NCBI RefSeq assembly: GCF_006345805.1 | Contig: NC_043002.1 | Location: forward strand, 26,102,001-26,166,000 | Reading direction: 5' to 3' | DNA length: 64,000 bases | Source of the DNA: Octopus sinensis | Taxonomy: Eukaryota | Shown here: one piece after another, positions 63,031 through 64,000 of the stretch | Layout of the letters: every line of letters begins with the position of its first letter | Position numbering within the stretch: the first letter of the stretch is position 1 | Translations under genes and position numbers: made by a program | The notes under the pieces: generated by a model | Databases searched by the model: none | Told to the model about the DNA's origin: nothing | The model's input: the letters and a program-made list of their open reading frames with translations, nothing else

Positions 63031-64000
63031 CACCGAGGTGTGATTGTGAGATGCATTTAGTTGCTTCTTCTTTCAGTTTGCATGGCCATGCAATATCGAG
63101 TGATATAGATTTTATTGTTTCAGTTGAATAAGAAAAAAGACTCTGGCCATGACTACCTTTGTAGACCTCTTTCTGATACATATGACACTTTCACAAATCG
63201 ATGTTTAGCAAAGAAGAAAAAAGAGAAAAAAGAACGCGTATGGAAACGATATTCACGACGCTTAACACTCTGGAAAAGTCGGTAGGGGCCTGAGATGGAC
63301 AATAAAAAACAGGGAAAAGAGACGAAGAGGCGTGGCTGAAGGGATTGGGTGGTCATGTCATATTACTGTTTTGCTATGAGGGACAGCAAATCCAGAAGTT
63401 TTACTATACAATTTCCACTAAATACAATATGTTGTCAATAAGCGAAGGAAGAACTGGGAGTATGGTAGCCTTTTATGGATTTTAATTTACATTTTGATTC
63501 GAAAATTCGAAAAAATTATTCTGATCAAAGTGGGAAAGTGAATATTGAGAATAATAATGGAGGTATAAACCATATCGAACTGAATACGAAAACTCAAATG
63601 GAAAGAAACGATGAAAATATAACCGTCCCGGAAAGAGAAACAACCCCGTTTAATCAAGTAAAAACCGAGTAAAAATTCCGCTAGAAAGGGAAGTAATATA
63701 ACGTTACAATATGAAAGTGTAAATGATAATAAAGAATTTGGGGAAAACGAATATACAACATAAACTCTGCAATTATTTAAAACAAAACTTGTGTTCTGTC
63801 AATAATAAATGCAAAACAAAAACTGTAGTATATAGATGTAAAGTTACATAAGAGCGAACTGAATACTTTTACACAGATGCAACTTCACTTATTTTCAAAA
63901 AAAGAAAGAAGAAAACGGCTAATCGTTTAAATTCGTTTAGAGATAGAAATAAAAAATCCAAATAAGTCTAAGTAAATTAATCTGGCCTGTTAAAGATAGA

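Overview
AT-rich eukaryotic non-genic (intergenic or intronic) DNA. The repeat families and the extreme microsatellite load look like a coleoid cephalopod (Octopus-like) genome; this is recognition from memory, not a search result. No intact host gene, tRNA, rRNA or CRISPR array is supportable, and most ORFs in the track are microsatellite translations. The window is a mosaic of decayed mobile elements: tRNA-derived SINEs of at least four types, LINE fragments (CR1/L2-group, RTE, R4/Dong, L1/Tx1), three Penelope-like (GIY-YIG) fragments, an internally deleted Ty3/Gypsy element, a MITE with TIRs and an 8-bp TSD, and Tc1/mariner and Helitron-like relics. The main unexplained signal is a set of type I hammerhead ribozyme (HHR) motifs in four unrelated non-coding contexts. 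(1) A 340-bp tandem-plus-inverted array (3.8-6.7 kb) has one HHR per unit with a palindromic helix III, resembling a retrozyme. (2) A tRNA-headed SINE-like element ends in an HHR (24.9-25.2 kb). (3) A near-intact HHR lies beside a perfect 38-bp palindrome (52.1 kb). (4) A dispersed (TA)n-associated family carries minimal HHRs with recurrent substitutions at core position 6. Together with the Penelope-like relics this suggests a set of ribozyme-bearing non-autonomous retroelements; that link is inference and activity is untested. A SINE and a CR1-type LINE also share a 3' tail whose stem-loop shows compensatory changes. Repeat boundaries were read by eye and are approximate unless exact motifs are quoted.
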